Both the position numbers and the translations under genes were made by a program. From assembly GCA_030059665.1 (NCBI GenBank), contig JANVYR010000002.1, positions 160,001 to 224,000 on the forward strand: a DNA stretch of 64,000 nt, written 5' to 3'. Each line of letters begins with the position of its first letter. The first letter of the stretch is position 1. The notes beneath the pieces are model-generated. The model was not told the DNA's origin and ran no database searches. It was given only the letters and a program-made list of their open reading frames with translations. This DNA is from Candidatus Calditenuis fumarioli. GTDB lineage: Archaea; Thermoproteota; Nitrososphaeria_A; Caldarchaeales; Calditenuaceae. Below are positions 37,705 to 47,271 of the stretch, in pieces.

Positions 37705-39368
37705 TGGCGTCGATCACAGAAGCGCTGGAGCGCTCCCTGGCCAACTACATCTACCTGAGCGGGATACCCACCACGCCCCGCGATTACATCCGAAGGGTGT
37801 TCAATCTGCTCGTCGCTTCGGCCGTCGTGACCGCTGTGGTAACGTACCTCGCCCTGGCGGTGGCACGCGTTCCTGCCATGCTGATAGTGGGCGTCATGCC
37901 GTTGGCCTACTCCCTGTACCTCCTCTTCAGACCGATGGTCAAGGCCAGGTCGTTCGAGTCCCAGTGCATGCGCGAGCTGCCGTACGTTGCGGCGTTCATG
38001 ACGTCGTACGCCGCGGTCGGGATACCGCCCCACAGGTCAATGGCCTCCGTCTCCCTGAAGGAGCGGATATTCCCTGCGTTCGCGAGGCTGGTGAAGCGGA
38101 TGGAGGCGGTACGCATGATCACGGTGAAGGACCCCCTGGAGACGATAGAGGAGGAGGCGGACAAGATCAGCAGCCTGCCGCTGAAGGACTTCCTCCAGTC
38201 CGCGGTCGGAGCGGAGAGGGGAGGCGGCGGGATGTACAACGTATTGAAGGACAAGATGCGCAGCCTGTTCAACGAGCTGAAGGAGAGGTACAAGGCGCTC
38301 GGGGATCAGTTGAAGCTCTTCGGGGACCTGCTGCTGGTCTTCTTCGGCGTGCTGCCGCTGCTCCTCTACACGATGCTCACCGTCTTCGCGAGCGACATGG
38401 CCATCACGACCTCCAGGCTCTTCACGTTCATGGTGACGCCGTTGCTGGTGGTGACGCTGGCCGTGATGATAGACACCGGATATCCCTCTACGCCGCAGTC
38501 CTTTAACAGGTACTACGTCAGGGCGCTCATGCTGGGCCTTCCGATCGGCGCGGCTGTGGCCTCGGTCTTCTACCTCTCACCGGTCCTCGTTGAGACGCTG
38601 CTGGGCGCTAGGTTCGTCCAGTACAAGCTCGCCATCTCGCTGGGTGCGGGCCTGGTTGCGTTCTCGCTGGTCGCGACCTGGGTCTTTTACAGAGACTACA
38701 AGTTCATGAACGACGTGGACTACGCTCTCCCAAGCTTCGTGAGGGACCTGACCGAGGAGGTGAAGAAGGGGAAGAGCCCGACGCAGGCGACCATCTACCT
38801 CTCGGAGGTCCGAAGCTACAACAGAGCGTTCAACTTCGTCCTTCAGCAGATCGCCGCCCAGCTCAGGGTCGGGAGGAGCCTGAGGGAGGCCCTGGAGCCC
38901 TTCAGGGGGAAGGTCTCCTGGAGGTCCGAGCTGATACTGGACCTCGTGGCCGACGCGGAGGAGCTGGGAGCCCAGAAGGAGATCTTCGAGGAGGTGACCG
39001 AGATAAGCAGGGAGACGCGTGACGCGATCAGGGTCGCCAAGGCCAAGACGACCGGCATCAAGTACTTCGGGTTCATGGTGGCGCTGCTGATGATCTTCAT
39101 CGCCTCGCTACTGATCAAGCAGATCATCGTCCCGCTGGCGAACATGGCCGTAACCGTGCCCCAGAGCATCGGTCTCGGCAACATAAGGCTCCTCAGGCCC
39201 GAGCAGCTTCCGGAGCTGATCGACACCATCTCGGCCGGGATCGTCCTGAACGCGACGTTCCTCGGCGTGCTGACGGGGAAGATGAGCGACGGCATAACTG
39301 CGGCCGGGTTCCTCTACGCCTTCGTCTACACGCTGGCGGCGCTGGTGGCCATGGTGTTCCTCTTCTGA
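37704..39368 (+). CDS. TadC/ArlJ-like membrane platform protein (two T2SSF domains)
   Basis: ELPYVAAFM…GIPP and ALPSFVRDLTEEVKKGKSP T2SSF motifs, multiple TMs; overlaps the ATPase stop. Confidence 0.88.
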   Translation: MASITEALERSLANYIYLSGIPTTPRDYIRRVFNLLVASAVVTAVVTYLALAVARVPAMLIVGVMPLAYSLYLLFRPMVKARSFESQCMRELPYVAAFMTSYAAVGIPPHRSMASVSLKERIFPAFARLVKRMEAVRMITVKDPLETIEEEADKISSLPLKDFLQSAVGAERGGGGMYNVLKDKMRSLFNELKERYKALGDQLKLFGDLLLVFFGVLPLLLYTMLTVFASDMAITTSRLFTFMVTPLLVVTLAVMIDTGYPSTPQSFNRYYVRALMLGLPIGAAVASVFYLSPVLVETLLGARFVQYKLAISLGAGLVAFSLVATWVFYRDYKFMNDVDYALPSFVRDLTEEVKKGKSPTQATIYLSEVRSYNRAFNFVLQQIAAQLRVGRSLREALEPFRGKVSWRSELILDLVADAEELGAQKEIFEEVTEISRETRDAIRVAKAKTTGIKYFGFMVALLMIFIASLLIKQIIVPLANMAVTVPQSIGLGNIRLLRPEQLPELIDTISAGIVLNATFLGVLTGKMSDGITAAGFLYAFVYTLAALVAMVFLF

Positions 39369-39374
39369 GGTGGG

Positions 39375-40931
39375 ATGATGAGGCGCTCCTCTTCGGGTCA
39401 GGTCCTGATCGGCTCCGCGACCGTGATGCTCGTGATACTGCTGGTGATGGCAGCATCGCTTCCGGTGATGAACACCAGCGTCGATCCATCGAGCGAGGTG
39501 TATAACGTTATGGAAGCCATCTCCCAGACCCTCGCAAAGCACTTCTTCCGAAAATTTGGAGCCCAACAGTGCGTTTTTCAAATGGCTTACGGTAAGGCTA
39601 AACCCTCTTACATAAAGTATGATGAAACAATTGAAAACGTCCTCAAGAAAACGTTAGAAAGTTATTATAAAATGCCAATAAAAGATTTTAAGGTTGACCT
39701 TCGCTATGTAGATTTCGAAATCAAGCTTCCGAAGTACGGCGGTCCAGCCATAATTAGCGGAGAAACAGGAAAAGTTGAGCAACAACCTCTTGGTGACATC
39801 TCAGCCAGCGTTTCCATAGAGGTCAGCGTGTCCTATAAAGTCGTTAAAACCACAAGGCAAGGTCCAACGGAAGTTTTTAAGAAGTTTATTTATAGAGAAT
39901 CCTTCGGAGTAAGAACCCAGACGATAGAACCGACATTGATATATAATCATGTCAAGGAATTCGTGCAAGCGATGCCTGGATGGGTACAATTTAGCATAGG
40001 CTTTATTCCTGTTGTGGGCGACGTTGTACAAATAGAGAATGCGAGAACATATTACAAGTATTATTGGTATTTCAATGCAGGCGCCCGAAAAGAAATTGTA
40101 CAGTACGATGGTAATGGCAACGAGGTCGCTAGGGTCTCGAAGGAATGGGGTTATATGAATTATGAAATAGACCCGAAATTCAACGAAAAGCTAGTCGTTT
40201 TGTTCTTCAATAGACCAGCCTATAAGGTCCAACTAAATAAAATTCCTCTTACAATTACTTATGGTCTAGTATATGTTGAATTGACCGAATACTATAACAT
40301 AGATTGGGTAGCCGTAGTACTGGGTCTGTTGGGTCTTATCTCAGTTGGTGATCTAGCTAAAGTGATTCGTATAGTCAAGTCGGATGCCCTAGACGATGAG
40401 GGGGCCGAAGAGACACTTAAGTTCTTCAAAATTCCCGAAGGAGGATTCTGGGATTGGAAATTTTTTAAGAAGGAGGAGCCACCATGGGCCGTAAAGAAGC
40501 CTAAGGAAACACAAGCAAGTAATATGCATAATGAGGGTGCGTTTACGTTTGGAAATGCTGACCGTTTTATGACACTTTCCGAGCAGGAGGGTTCCTGGGA
40601 AAAAATAATGCGTACCGTTAGGGAGTATGCGGAGAAAAAATTGACAGATCAAGAGTTTAAGGCTGCTGCCGATGAAATTAATAAGGCTGCAAGGGATCAG
40701 TTTCTTCAAGAAGCTGAAGATATAGATGCCACAGATTACCTTTACTCGAATGAACTCGGTCAGGGCCTCTTCCAGTCAACAGGTTCTAAGTGGTGGAAGT
40801 TCTTCGATCCTAACGAACAGGACCCATTCATGTACATTATTTATCCACGCAACGGTGGCGGCGTTTACCATATGTGCGTTTGGCTTGAAGGCTTCCATCC
40901 AAGAATCGAGTACGTAGAGGAGGGACAATAA
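39375..40931 (+). CDS. Pilin-like protein with a low-GC passenger region
   Basis: MMRRSSSG|QVLIGSATVMLVILLV. Sampled 60-mers after ~39500 are 32-43% GC, versus ~65% upstream. Confidence 0.7.
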   Translation: MMRRSSSGQVLIGSATVMLVILLVMAASLPVMNTSVDPSSEVYNVMEAISQTLAKHFFRKFGAQQCVFQMAYGKAKPSYIKYDETIENVLKKTLESYYKMPIKDFKVDLRYVDFEIKLPKYGGPAIISGETGKVEQQPLGDISASVSIEVSVSYKVVKTTRQGPTEVFKKFIYRESFGVRTQTIEPTLIYNHVKEFVQAMPGWVQFSIGFIPVVGDVVQIENARTYYKYYWYFNAGARKEIVQYDGNGNEVARVSKEWGYMNYEIDPKFNEKLVVLFFNRPAYKVQLNKIPLTITYGLVYVELTEYYNIDWVAVVLGLLGLISVGDLAKVIRIVKSDALDDEGAEETLKFFKIPEGGFWDWKFFKKEEPPWAVKKPKETQASNMHNEGAFTFGNADRFMTLSEQEGSWEKIMRTVREYAEKKLTDQEFKAAADEINKAARDQFLQEAEDIDATDYLYSNELGQGLFQSTGSKWWKFFDPNEQDPFMYIIYPRNGGGVYHMCVWLEGFHPRIEYVEEGQ

Positions 40932-40987
40932 TGAGGGACAGCAATTACCCCTCTGCTCTCAGCGCCAAAACCTTAGCGAGGTCATCC

Positions 40988-41512
40988 GTGAAGAGCGTGG
41001 GACAGGCCTCCGTCACCTTCGTCGTCCTCGTGGTGCTGCTGGGACTGATAGGCACCGCCTTCTACATGGCAAACCAGTACATGGGGATCTTCGAGCCGTC
41101 GGTCTGGGACGCGGTCGAGGCGTTCAACAGGGCCGTCCAGAGGGTCTACGGTCTGCCCGAGAGGTCGGCCACCATATCGATCTACATTCCCTCCCACGCG
41201 TCGCTGAAAATATCCAGGTCGGGCTCAGGCGACGGCCTAGTCCTGGAAGCGACCGGCGCCTTCGGCGACAGGAGGTACCGGCTGATCGAGCAGGACGGAT
41301 GGGAGCTGATAAACGAGGGCTCCACCACGCTCTCCACCGACGGCCGGCTCAGGGTCGTCTACGGATCGCAGGATAGGCCCCTGAGGCTGGGCTCGGTCGA
41401 TCTCACCCTCGGCCCCGGAAGGCACACGCTCGTGATCAGGAACCTGAACGGCGTCACCGTGGCTGTCCAGCCCGTTCCCCACGGGATCCCCACGGAGGTG
41501 ATGAGCAGGTGA
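40988..41512 (+). CDS. Pilin-like protein
   Basis: GTG start: MKSVG|QASVTFVVLVVLLGLIG, a class III motif. Confidence 0.7.
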   Translation: MKSVGQASVTFVVLVVLLGLIGTAFYMANQYMGIFEPSVWDAVEAFNRAVQRVYGLPERSATISIYIPSHASLKISRSGSGDGLVLEATGAFGDRRYRLIEQDGWELINEGSTTLSTDGRLRVVYGSQDRPLRLGSVDLTLGPGRHTLVIRNLNGVTVAVQPVPHGIPTEVMSR

Positions 41513-44500
41513 GGCTGAAGGTCGCACTGCTCTTCGCGACGGTTCTCATCGCGATGCTGCTCCAGCCAGCGCACTCCCAGACGCAGCTCCCGCCAGGCGA
41601 ATCGGAGGACCTCGGCGTCTCGGTCCTTCCAGATGGGACGCTGACGGTCTGGTACGCGGCCGCCTACCCGATAGGGGCCCTCAACCGCTCCGCCACGCTG
41701 CTCGAGGAGCTGGGAATGTCAGGAGCTACAATGACGGTCTACTACGACGGCTCGCAGGGGCCGTTCACCCTCCAGCTGGAAATCTACGGCGAATCGCTCA
41801 ACGAGAAGAAATCGTCAGACCTGGCGATGACAATAGGCCGGGACCTCGGCATACCCCTCAGCCTGAACAGATCGACGGAGACCTCCCACATCTACACCGC
41901 AACGCTTTCCAGGAAGCAGCTTGAGGACCTGATATCCGAGCTCAGGCCGCTCACGAAATCCGGCGGGTTCTCCGCCAACTTGAACCTGGATTACCTCCGG
42001 AGGTTCAGGGGCTCCTACGTCGTGGTCGAGCTGGTCAGGATGGGCTGGGGGGTGTCCACGTCCTTCGAGGTCAGGGCCTTCGGGCCCACCCTCAACCAAA
42101 CCGGAGGAACGTATGTTGTGGACGTCCTCGCAGCGTTGGGGGTCAGCGAGCTCAGGCCCTCCGAGCAGGCGCTGATGAACGTGATGTTCGTGCCGCCGAT
42201 CGGATCCGACTCCGTCTCCTACTCGGTCTCACCTCCCTCTGCCAAGGTGAGGGACCTGGTGCCCGGACTGAACGTCCTGTACGTCCAGCTCAGCGGAGGC
42301 GAGGTCCTCAGGAGGTTCCAGGTGGAGTTCAGCTACAACGGCTCCTCCCTGACGGGCATAGCGGGGAAGCTCACCGACTTCATGGCCTTCGTCGAGGAAC
42401 TGGAGAGCTCCGGCTCCCTGGTGAACAGGACGTCCCACATGGTACCCACATCTGGCGGAGGACGGGGGACGGCTTCAACCGAGACCGAGAGCACCACGAC
42501 GGCCGAGACCGAGGCGCCTGCACCCGGTCAGCAGGGCGTAGAGACGCGGCAGACCACCACGACCACCAGGAACAGGGTCGGCTCCCTGCCGCCGGTCACC
42601 AGCCCGGAGAGGGGCCAGGCGATCGATCCCCTGCTGGTCCTCGGAATCGCGGTCCTCGCGGTGGCCGTAATAGCCCTCGGGACGGTCTACGTGAACCGCG
42701 GGAGCAAGCTGACGGCCAAGGGGGCTGCGACCGTAGCCCTCTCGACGCTGATGATCGCCGCCGTGGTGCTTCCGGTCCTCACGATGGACGTCGCGAACGC
42801 GCAGCAGGGTCTGGGTCAGGGAGGTCTGGAGCCGCTAGTCGAGGTGAAGCAGTTCAGGCCCGGAGGAGCCCCGCCGGACCTGGAGGTACCGCTGCTCTTC
42901 CCGGGCTTCAAGCAGATAGACAAGATCAGCAAGACCTTCATCTCCTTCGAGGAGATCAAGCTCCTCGCCACGCCCTCCCTCTATGCCCCGTACACGCCCC
43001 AGGGATTCGCGAAGCTCCTGGCAACGCTCGGCATAGATCTCAGGCTGATACAGGCCGCCGGGCTGATAGTGGGAGGAGGCCTCAACCCCCTCGGGATGTT
43101 CAAGGGGTTGACCCTGGCCCACGGAGGCACATCGGCCTTCATCGCCGGAGAGGCGGTCGGTGCCAACGTCTACCTGGTCTTCAAGGCCAAGCCCTCCTCG
43201 ACCCTCGAGTCGATGCTCGACGTCATAAACGCGGTCTACAAGATGGGCTACATCCTCTACCACTCGACGATCTGCTTCCCCGGTGACGGCTGCCTCCACC
43301 CGATAGGTCAGGCCATGATGATAACCGCAATCCTCGCGTCCGTGTACCTCGCGATAACCGCTCCGGGCTTCATGGTCTACGCCTACGCCTCCTACCCCTC
43401 GCTGGTCAACGACCTCTACGTGACGTGGGGAGCGGTGGACGGTCCAGTTGTGAGGGACAAGGAACGGGTCTGGCTGGCCGAGAACCGGTACATGGTCTCC
43501 CTTCCGATCCTGATAATGATCCTCAGGGCTCCCACTTTGTCCGGTTGGAGGGGTTCCAAGGGCCTTGCCGAGACGCCGATGACCGCGTCCTTCCACGTCT
43601 CTTCCGACGCGGACTCCGGGTGGAAGCTCACGGGGTTCCTGGGAGTCTACTCTGGGGACAGAGGCCTCAAGGTCGGCATCGACTTCAGGGACGCGATGGG
43701 GATATGGCAGCTCTTCCAGGTCATCTCGGGTGCGTTCTCCAGCACCTGGTCCAGCATGGCAGGCATCATCGCCGGGTCTCTGGGCGAGGTAGAGGCCACG
43801 CTGCAGCAGGCGGAGTCGTCGCTTTCGGCCATCGGCGCTGAGAGGAGCCCCTACCTGAGCAGTGCCCTCTCCAAGGTGCGTAACGCCATACAGCTGGTGA
43901 GGGACGCTCGGACGAAGCTGATCAGCTACAACTGCGCCGGAGCGATTTCGAACGTAGAAGGCGCGAGGGAGAACGTCGAAGGCGCCATTCAGGACCTCCA
44001 GGAAGCAGCGGCCAGCAGCCCAGCGCTCGGGCTTATGGTCCAGCCCATCATCCAGCAGTTGGAGAGGACCCTCGGTTCGCTGCAGGAGTTCGACGAGAGG
44101 ATAGCCGGCGTCTGCGCGCCCTTGAACTTCAAGGCCGACCCGCCGACTGACCCGGAGTCGCTTCCCGAGGAGCAGAAGTTGACGCTCACGTTCCTCGTGT
44201 TCACCGCAACCCCGCTCGTAACTGAGGCCGTCAACCAGAAGGGCTTCTCGGTCATCAGGCTCAGGGCCTACTACGGCTGGAACCCGTTCCCGGGGATCGT
44301 CCAGGGCGTTGCGGTCAAGGTGCGGTCCGTGTTCGAGACCGTCAGGTCGGTCGCCTACAACGAGCTCGACATGCTCTCAGAGGCCACCTCCACGATCAGC
44401 GAGGTCACCGAATCCGGGTTCAACACGGCAGCTGAGGGGTTGCTGGGCAACCTGGGGAGCTCCTTCGCTGGCGAGCTCATCGGGTCATTGAGCCAGGTTT

Positions 44501-45957
44501 TCGGTCCCCTCGTGAACATGATCAACGACGTCAAGTCGGCCCTCACCTCGCTCAAGGACAGGCTCGTCAGCTTCCTTGACAGGATAGCCGAGCAGATAAG
44601 GGCGGTCTTCGACGCCATCAAGCGCACCATCCAGCAGATCGTCGGCCAGCTCGTCTCGGCCATCACCAACCTGATCAGCTCCTTCGTCGGGTCCATCGTC
44701 AATGCCATCCTCGGCCCCCTCATAAGCGGGCTGGTGCAGCCGCTCGTCAGCCAGTTCAACTTCATCGGCCAGATGATCGGCCAGATCATCAAGGACATGA
44801 TAGAGAACTACATCAAGGAGCTGATCAACGACGTCATCCAGGACATAATCAACGAGCTGATGAAACCCATCAACCAGCTCCTTGGAGCAATAGACCAGCT
44901 GGTCGCGAAGATACTCGAACCGATCAACGCGATCAAGGAGAAGATTAACGAGTGGCGCCAGCAGATAATGGACGCGATCGACAAGTGGGCGGACCAGATT
45001 CTGGGTCCAATCTACAACGTCCTTTCGTTGGTCAAGGTGGACCTCAGCTCTCTCCCCGGATCCGGAGGTACGAGCAATCTGGGCTCCTCGGTGAAGTCCG
45101 TCATCAACGAGTTCGCTGGAGCGGCGCTGACCAAGGTCCGCAAGACCGTTGAAGAGGGGGTTAGGAAGCTGAACGAGCAGGAGAGGAAGATCCTCGGAGC
45201 CCTCGTGAGGGTCAGGGACGCGATGACCTACGCCTCGAGCATGATCAGGATACCGATCATAGGGAGAGGTGGGATGATGCAGGCCACACTGTTGGAGATC
45301 GGCGAGAGCGCTGTCTCCGACGACTACGGCTACCTGGGTGAGATAGCTGTGCCCCATGACCTCGTCAAACCCGTGGCCGGATGGTACAACGAGTTCACGC
45401 TCGTGCTGCACCCCGTCGGAGGCCTGGTGCCCTTCATGGCGGACTACAGCTACGCGGCTCCCTTCATACAGGACCTGATGGATCTGGTCGATGCGCCCCC
45501 GCCATCCGTATTGTGGGTGAAGGTCAACGAGGTCGGCCCGGTCCTCAGAGGGTCGAGCATCGACATCGCGATATTCGGTGACCCGGACAGGCCCTCTCTC
45601 CCCGGAGGCAAGGGCGTTTCGTCCACCTACTTCACGCTCCCCGACGGAACGACCGTCGAGCGTTCGATCGACGACGCACCGGTGATATCGCCGTATTTGC
45701 CCTTCCCGCCTGAAATCACGCCGCTCCTCTCGCCTTACCTCCCCTTCCCACCAGAGATCGGGCCGATGCTGTCACCTTACCTCCCGTTCCCCCCGGAGAT
45801 CACGCCGACCGCTTCTGTCGACGTTTTCACCAGACCCTACCAGGACCCCTCGGCACGAGGAGTGCCTCAGGTCCTCGTTCCCGCCGACACGGCCACAGGA
45901 ACGGTGCTTCTCTCTCCTTACCTGCCGTTCCCCCCTGAAATTACGCCCACGTCTTAG
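41509..45957 (+). CDS. 1482-aa secreted/membrane protein
   Basis: Signal peptide (AHS|Q), Thr-rich linker, TM hairpin with AxA site, amphipathic helical tract and Pro-rich C-terminal repeats. Confidence 0.8.
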   Translation: MRLKVALLFATVLIAMLLQPAHSQTQLPPGESEDLGVSVLPDGTLTVWYAAAYPIGALNRSATLLEELGMSGATMTVYYDGSQGPFTLQLEIYGESLNEKKSSDLAMTIGRDLGIPLSLNRSTETSHIYTATLSRKQLEDLISELRPLTKSGGFSANLNLDYLRRFRGSYVVVELVRMGWGVSTSFEVRAFGPTLNQTGGTYVVDVLAALGVSELRPSEQALMNVMFVPPIGSDSVSYSVSPPSAKVRDLVPGLNVLYVQLSGGEVLRRFQVEFSYNGSSLTGIAGKLTDFMAFVEELESSGSLVNRTSHMVPTSGGGRGTASTETESTTTAETEAPAPGQQGVETRQTTTTTRNRVGSLPPVTSPERGQAIDPLLVLGIAVLAVAVIALGTVYVNRGSKLTAKGAATVALSTLMIAAVVLPVLTMDVANAQQGLGQGGLEPLVEVKQFRPGGAPPDLEVPLLFPGFKQIDKISKTFISFEEIKLLATPSLYAPYTPQGFAKLLATLGIDLRLIQAAGLIVGGGLNPLGMFKGLTLAHGGTSAFIAGEAVGANVYLVFKAKPSSTLESMLDVINAVYKMGYILYHSTICFPGDGCLHPIGQAMMITAILASVYLAITAPGFMVYAYASYPSLVNDLYVTWGAVDGPVVRDKERVWLAENRYMVSLPILIMILRAPTLSGWRGSKGLAETPMTASFHVSSDADSGWKLTGFLGVYSGDRGLKVGIDFRDAMGIWQLFQVISGAFSSTWSSMAGIIAGSLGEVEATLQQAESSLSAIGAERSPYLSSALSKVRNAIQLVRDARTKLISYNCAGAISNVEGARENVEGAIQDLQEAAASSPALGLMVQPIIQQLERTLGSLQEFDERIAGVCAPLNFKADPPTDPESLPEEQKLTLTFLVFTATPLVTEAVNQKGFSVIRLRAYYGWNPFPGIVQGVAVKVRSVFETVRSVAYNELDMLSEATSTISEVTESGFNTAAEGLLGNLGSSFAGELIGSLSQVFGPLVNMINDVKSALTSLKDRLVSFLDRIAEQIRAVFDAIKRTIQQIVGQLVSAITNLISSFVGSIVNAILGPLISGLVQPLVSQFNFIGQMIGQIIKDMIENYIKELINDVIQDIINELMKPINQLLGAIDQLVAKILEPINAIKEKINEWRQQIMDAIDKWADQILGPIYNVLSLVKVDLSSLPGSGGTSNLGSSVKSVINEFAGAALTKVRKTVEEGVRKLNEQERKILGALVRVRDAMTYASSMIRIPIIGRGGMMQATLLEIGESAVSDDYGYLGEIAVPHDLVKPVAGWYNEFTLVLHPVGGLVPFMADYSYAAPFIQDLMDLVDAPPPSVLWVKVNEVGPVLRGSSIDIAIFGDPDRPSLPGGKGVSSTYFTLPDGTTVERSIDDAPVISPYLPFPPEITPLLSPYLPFPPEIGPMLSPYLPFPPEITPTASVDVFTRPYQDPSARGVPQVLVPADTATGTVLLSPYLPFPPEITPTS
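45688..45954 (+). repeat. Four copies of SPYLPFPPEI(T/G)P (three in tandem with a 14-aa period, one terminal)
   Basis: The peptide is nearly invariant while third codon positions differ between copies. Confidence 0.9.
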
Positions 45958-45971
45958 GAGGTCGCGATGGC

Positions 45972-46793
45972 TTGAGGCGTAGCGAATCCGGTCTGAGCGT
46001 GGCCGTACAGACTGCAGCGATGATAGTGATAACTGTGGCCATAGCAGGGGCCATCGTAGCCCTGTGGAGGCCATGGGAAACGGGAAGTCAGGTCCAAGCC
46101 GGAGACATATCCTACGTCATGCAGAACGTCCATGAGGCTGTCCTCAGGCGAGAGGGTTCGGTCCAGCCACATTTCTCGCTCACGGTTTACCCGCTCAAGG
46201 AGACCCACAAAGTGGAAATCGAATGGAACGGCAATAGAATGCCTGTTATGGTGTCAGTAAGCACTATAGAATATCATGGCGACAAGATGAGACTCCCAGG
46301 CGTGTACTTCCTCGACAAGGGGAGCGTCGACGTTCTCGGGACCTACATCGCGGACAGGAAAAGGAACTACACGGTCAATGGGGTGGATACGGTATCCTAT
46401 GTCGAGTACGATGAAAAGGGGATGAAATACGTCGTCAAGGCCCTGCCATACGTTAACGTGGCCGTTGACAGAGTGTACCACGACGTTGTCGTTAACGTCA
46501 TGATAAGGTTCGTGGTGCTCGCGCCCTATCCGCTGAACGCGATGGAGTTCCCAGACTCGGTTAAGCGAGGATACACCATCGGAGCGGGGCAGATGATCAC
46601 CCTCAGGATGAACAACACCTACAGGTTCTACATGCAGCAGCCCGAGTCGGTGGGCGGAGGGACCCTCAGGCTCTACTTCGATGGCGAGCCAATCCTCAAC
46701 GCGCAGAACGAGGCCCTGGAGGTCAGGACTACAGAGCACACCATAGTGAGGGTGTTCGTGGACATGGTCGTGCTGAACGTATGGGGGAGGTAG
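45972..46793 (+). CDS. Pilin-like protein
   Basis: MRRSESG|LSVAVQTAAMIVITVAIAGAIVALW. Confidence 0.7.
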   Translation: MRRSESGLSVAVQTAAMIVITVAIAGAIVALWRPWETGSQVQAGDISYVMQNVHEAVLRREGSVQPHFSLTVYPLKETHKVEIEWNGNRMPVMVSVSTIEYHGDKMRLPGVYFLDKGSVDVLGTYIADRKRNYTVNGVDTVSYVEYDEKGMKYVVKALPYVNVAVDRVYHDVVVNVMIRFVVLAPYPLNAMEFPDSVKRGYTIGAGQMITLRMNNTYRFYMQQPESVGGGTLRLYFDGEPILNAQNEALEVRTTEHTIVRVFVDMVVLNVWGR

Positions 46794-46794
46794 C

Positions 46795-47271
46795 TTGGCC
46801 TCGACCTACGTATACATCGTCACGATAGGCGTTCTGATGCTGATCGGCATGACTTCCGCATACCTCCTCATGCAGCAGGTCGGATCGATGACGTACGTCG
46901 GCCAGAGGAACGCCCTCGCGGTAGCGGCCTCGCACGTCCTTTCGGGGATGTGGAGCGCGGTGGAGGAGGCCAAACTCGTTCCCGGCGGGGGAGTGGAGTA
47001 CAAGGCCGTCTCGGTGGGGTTCTCGTTCAGGGCTGAGGTGGGGAACAGCCCGAGGACGGGCCAGCTCTCCCTCTGCGTCACGGCGTTCGGCATCGCCTAT
47101 GAGAGGCCTCTCCCCACCATTCCCGGTGTCACGTACAGGCCCTCGGGTTCGGGAGGTGAGGTGGTTACGATCAGGGCCTCCGTATCGGAAGGGTCGATCG
47201 AAATAACGCTTGGAAACATGGACCAGAACAGTCAGTTCACAGAGGGCCAGCCAACGGAATGCTTCAAATGA
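46795..47271 (+). CDS. Pilin-like/secreted protein
   Basis: N-terminal hydrophobic helix without a basic leader, followed by a small beta domain. Confidence 0.5.
   Translation: MASTYVYIVTIGVLMLIGMTSAYLLMQQVGSMTYVGQRNALAVAASHVLSGMWSAVEEAKLVPGGGVEYKAVSVGFSFRAEVGNSPRTGQLSLCVTAFGIAYERPLPTIPGVTYRPSGSGGEVVTIRASVSEGSIEITLGNMDQNSQFTEGQPTECFK

Noticed and set aside
35851-39368. Archaellum (arlI/arlJ) call
   Set aside because: There are no archaellin-type N-termini, arlH, arlF/G or chemotaxis genes. A generic T4P/Tad call is safer.
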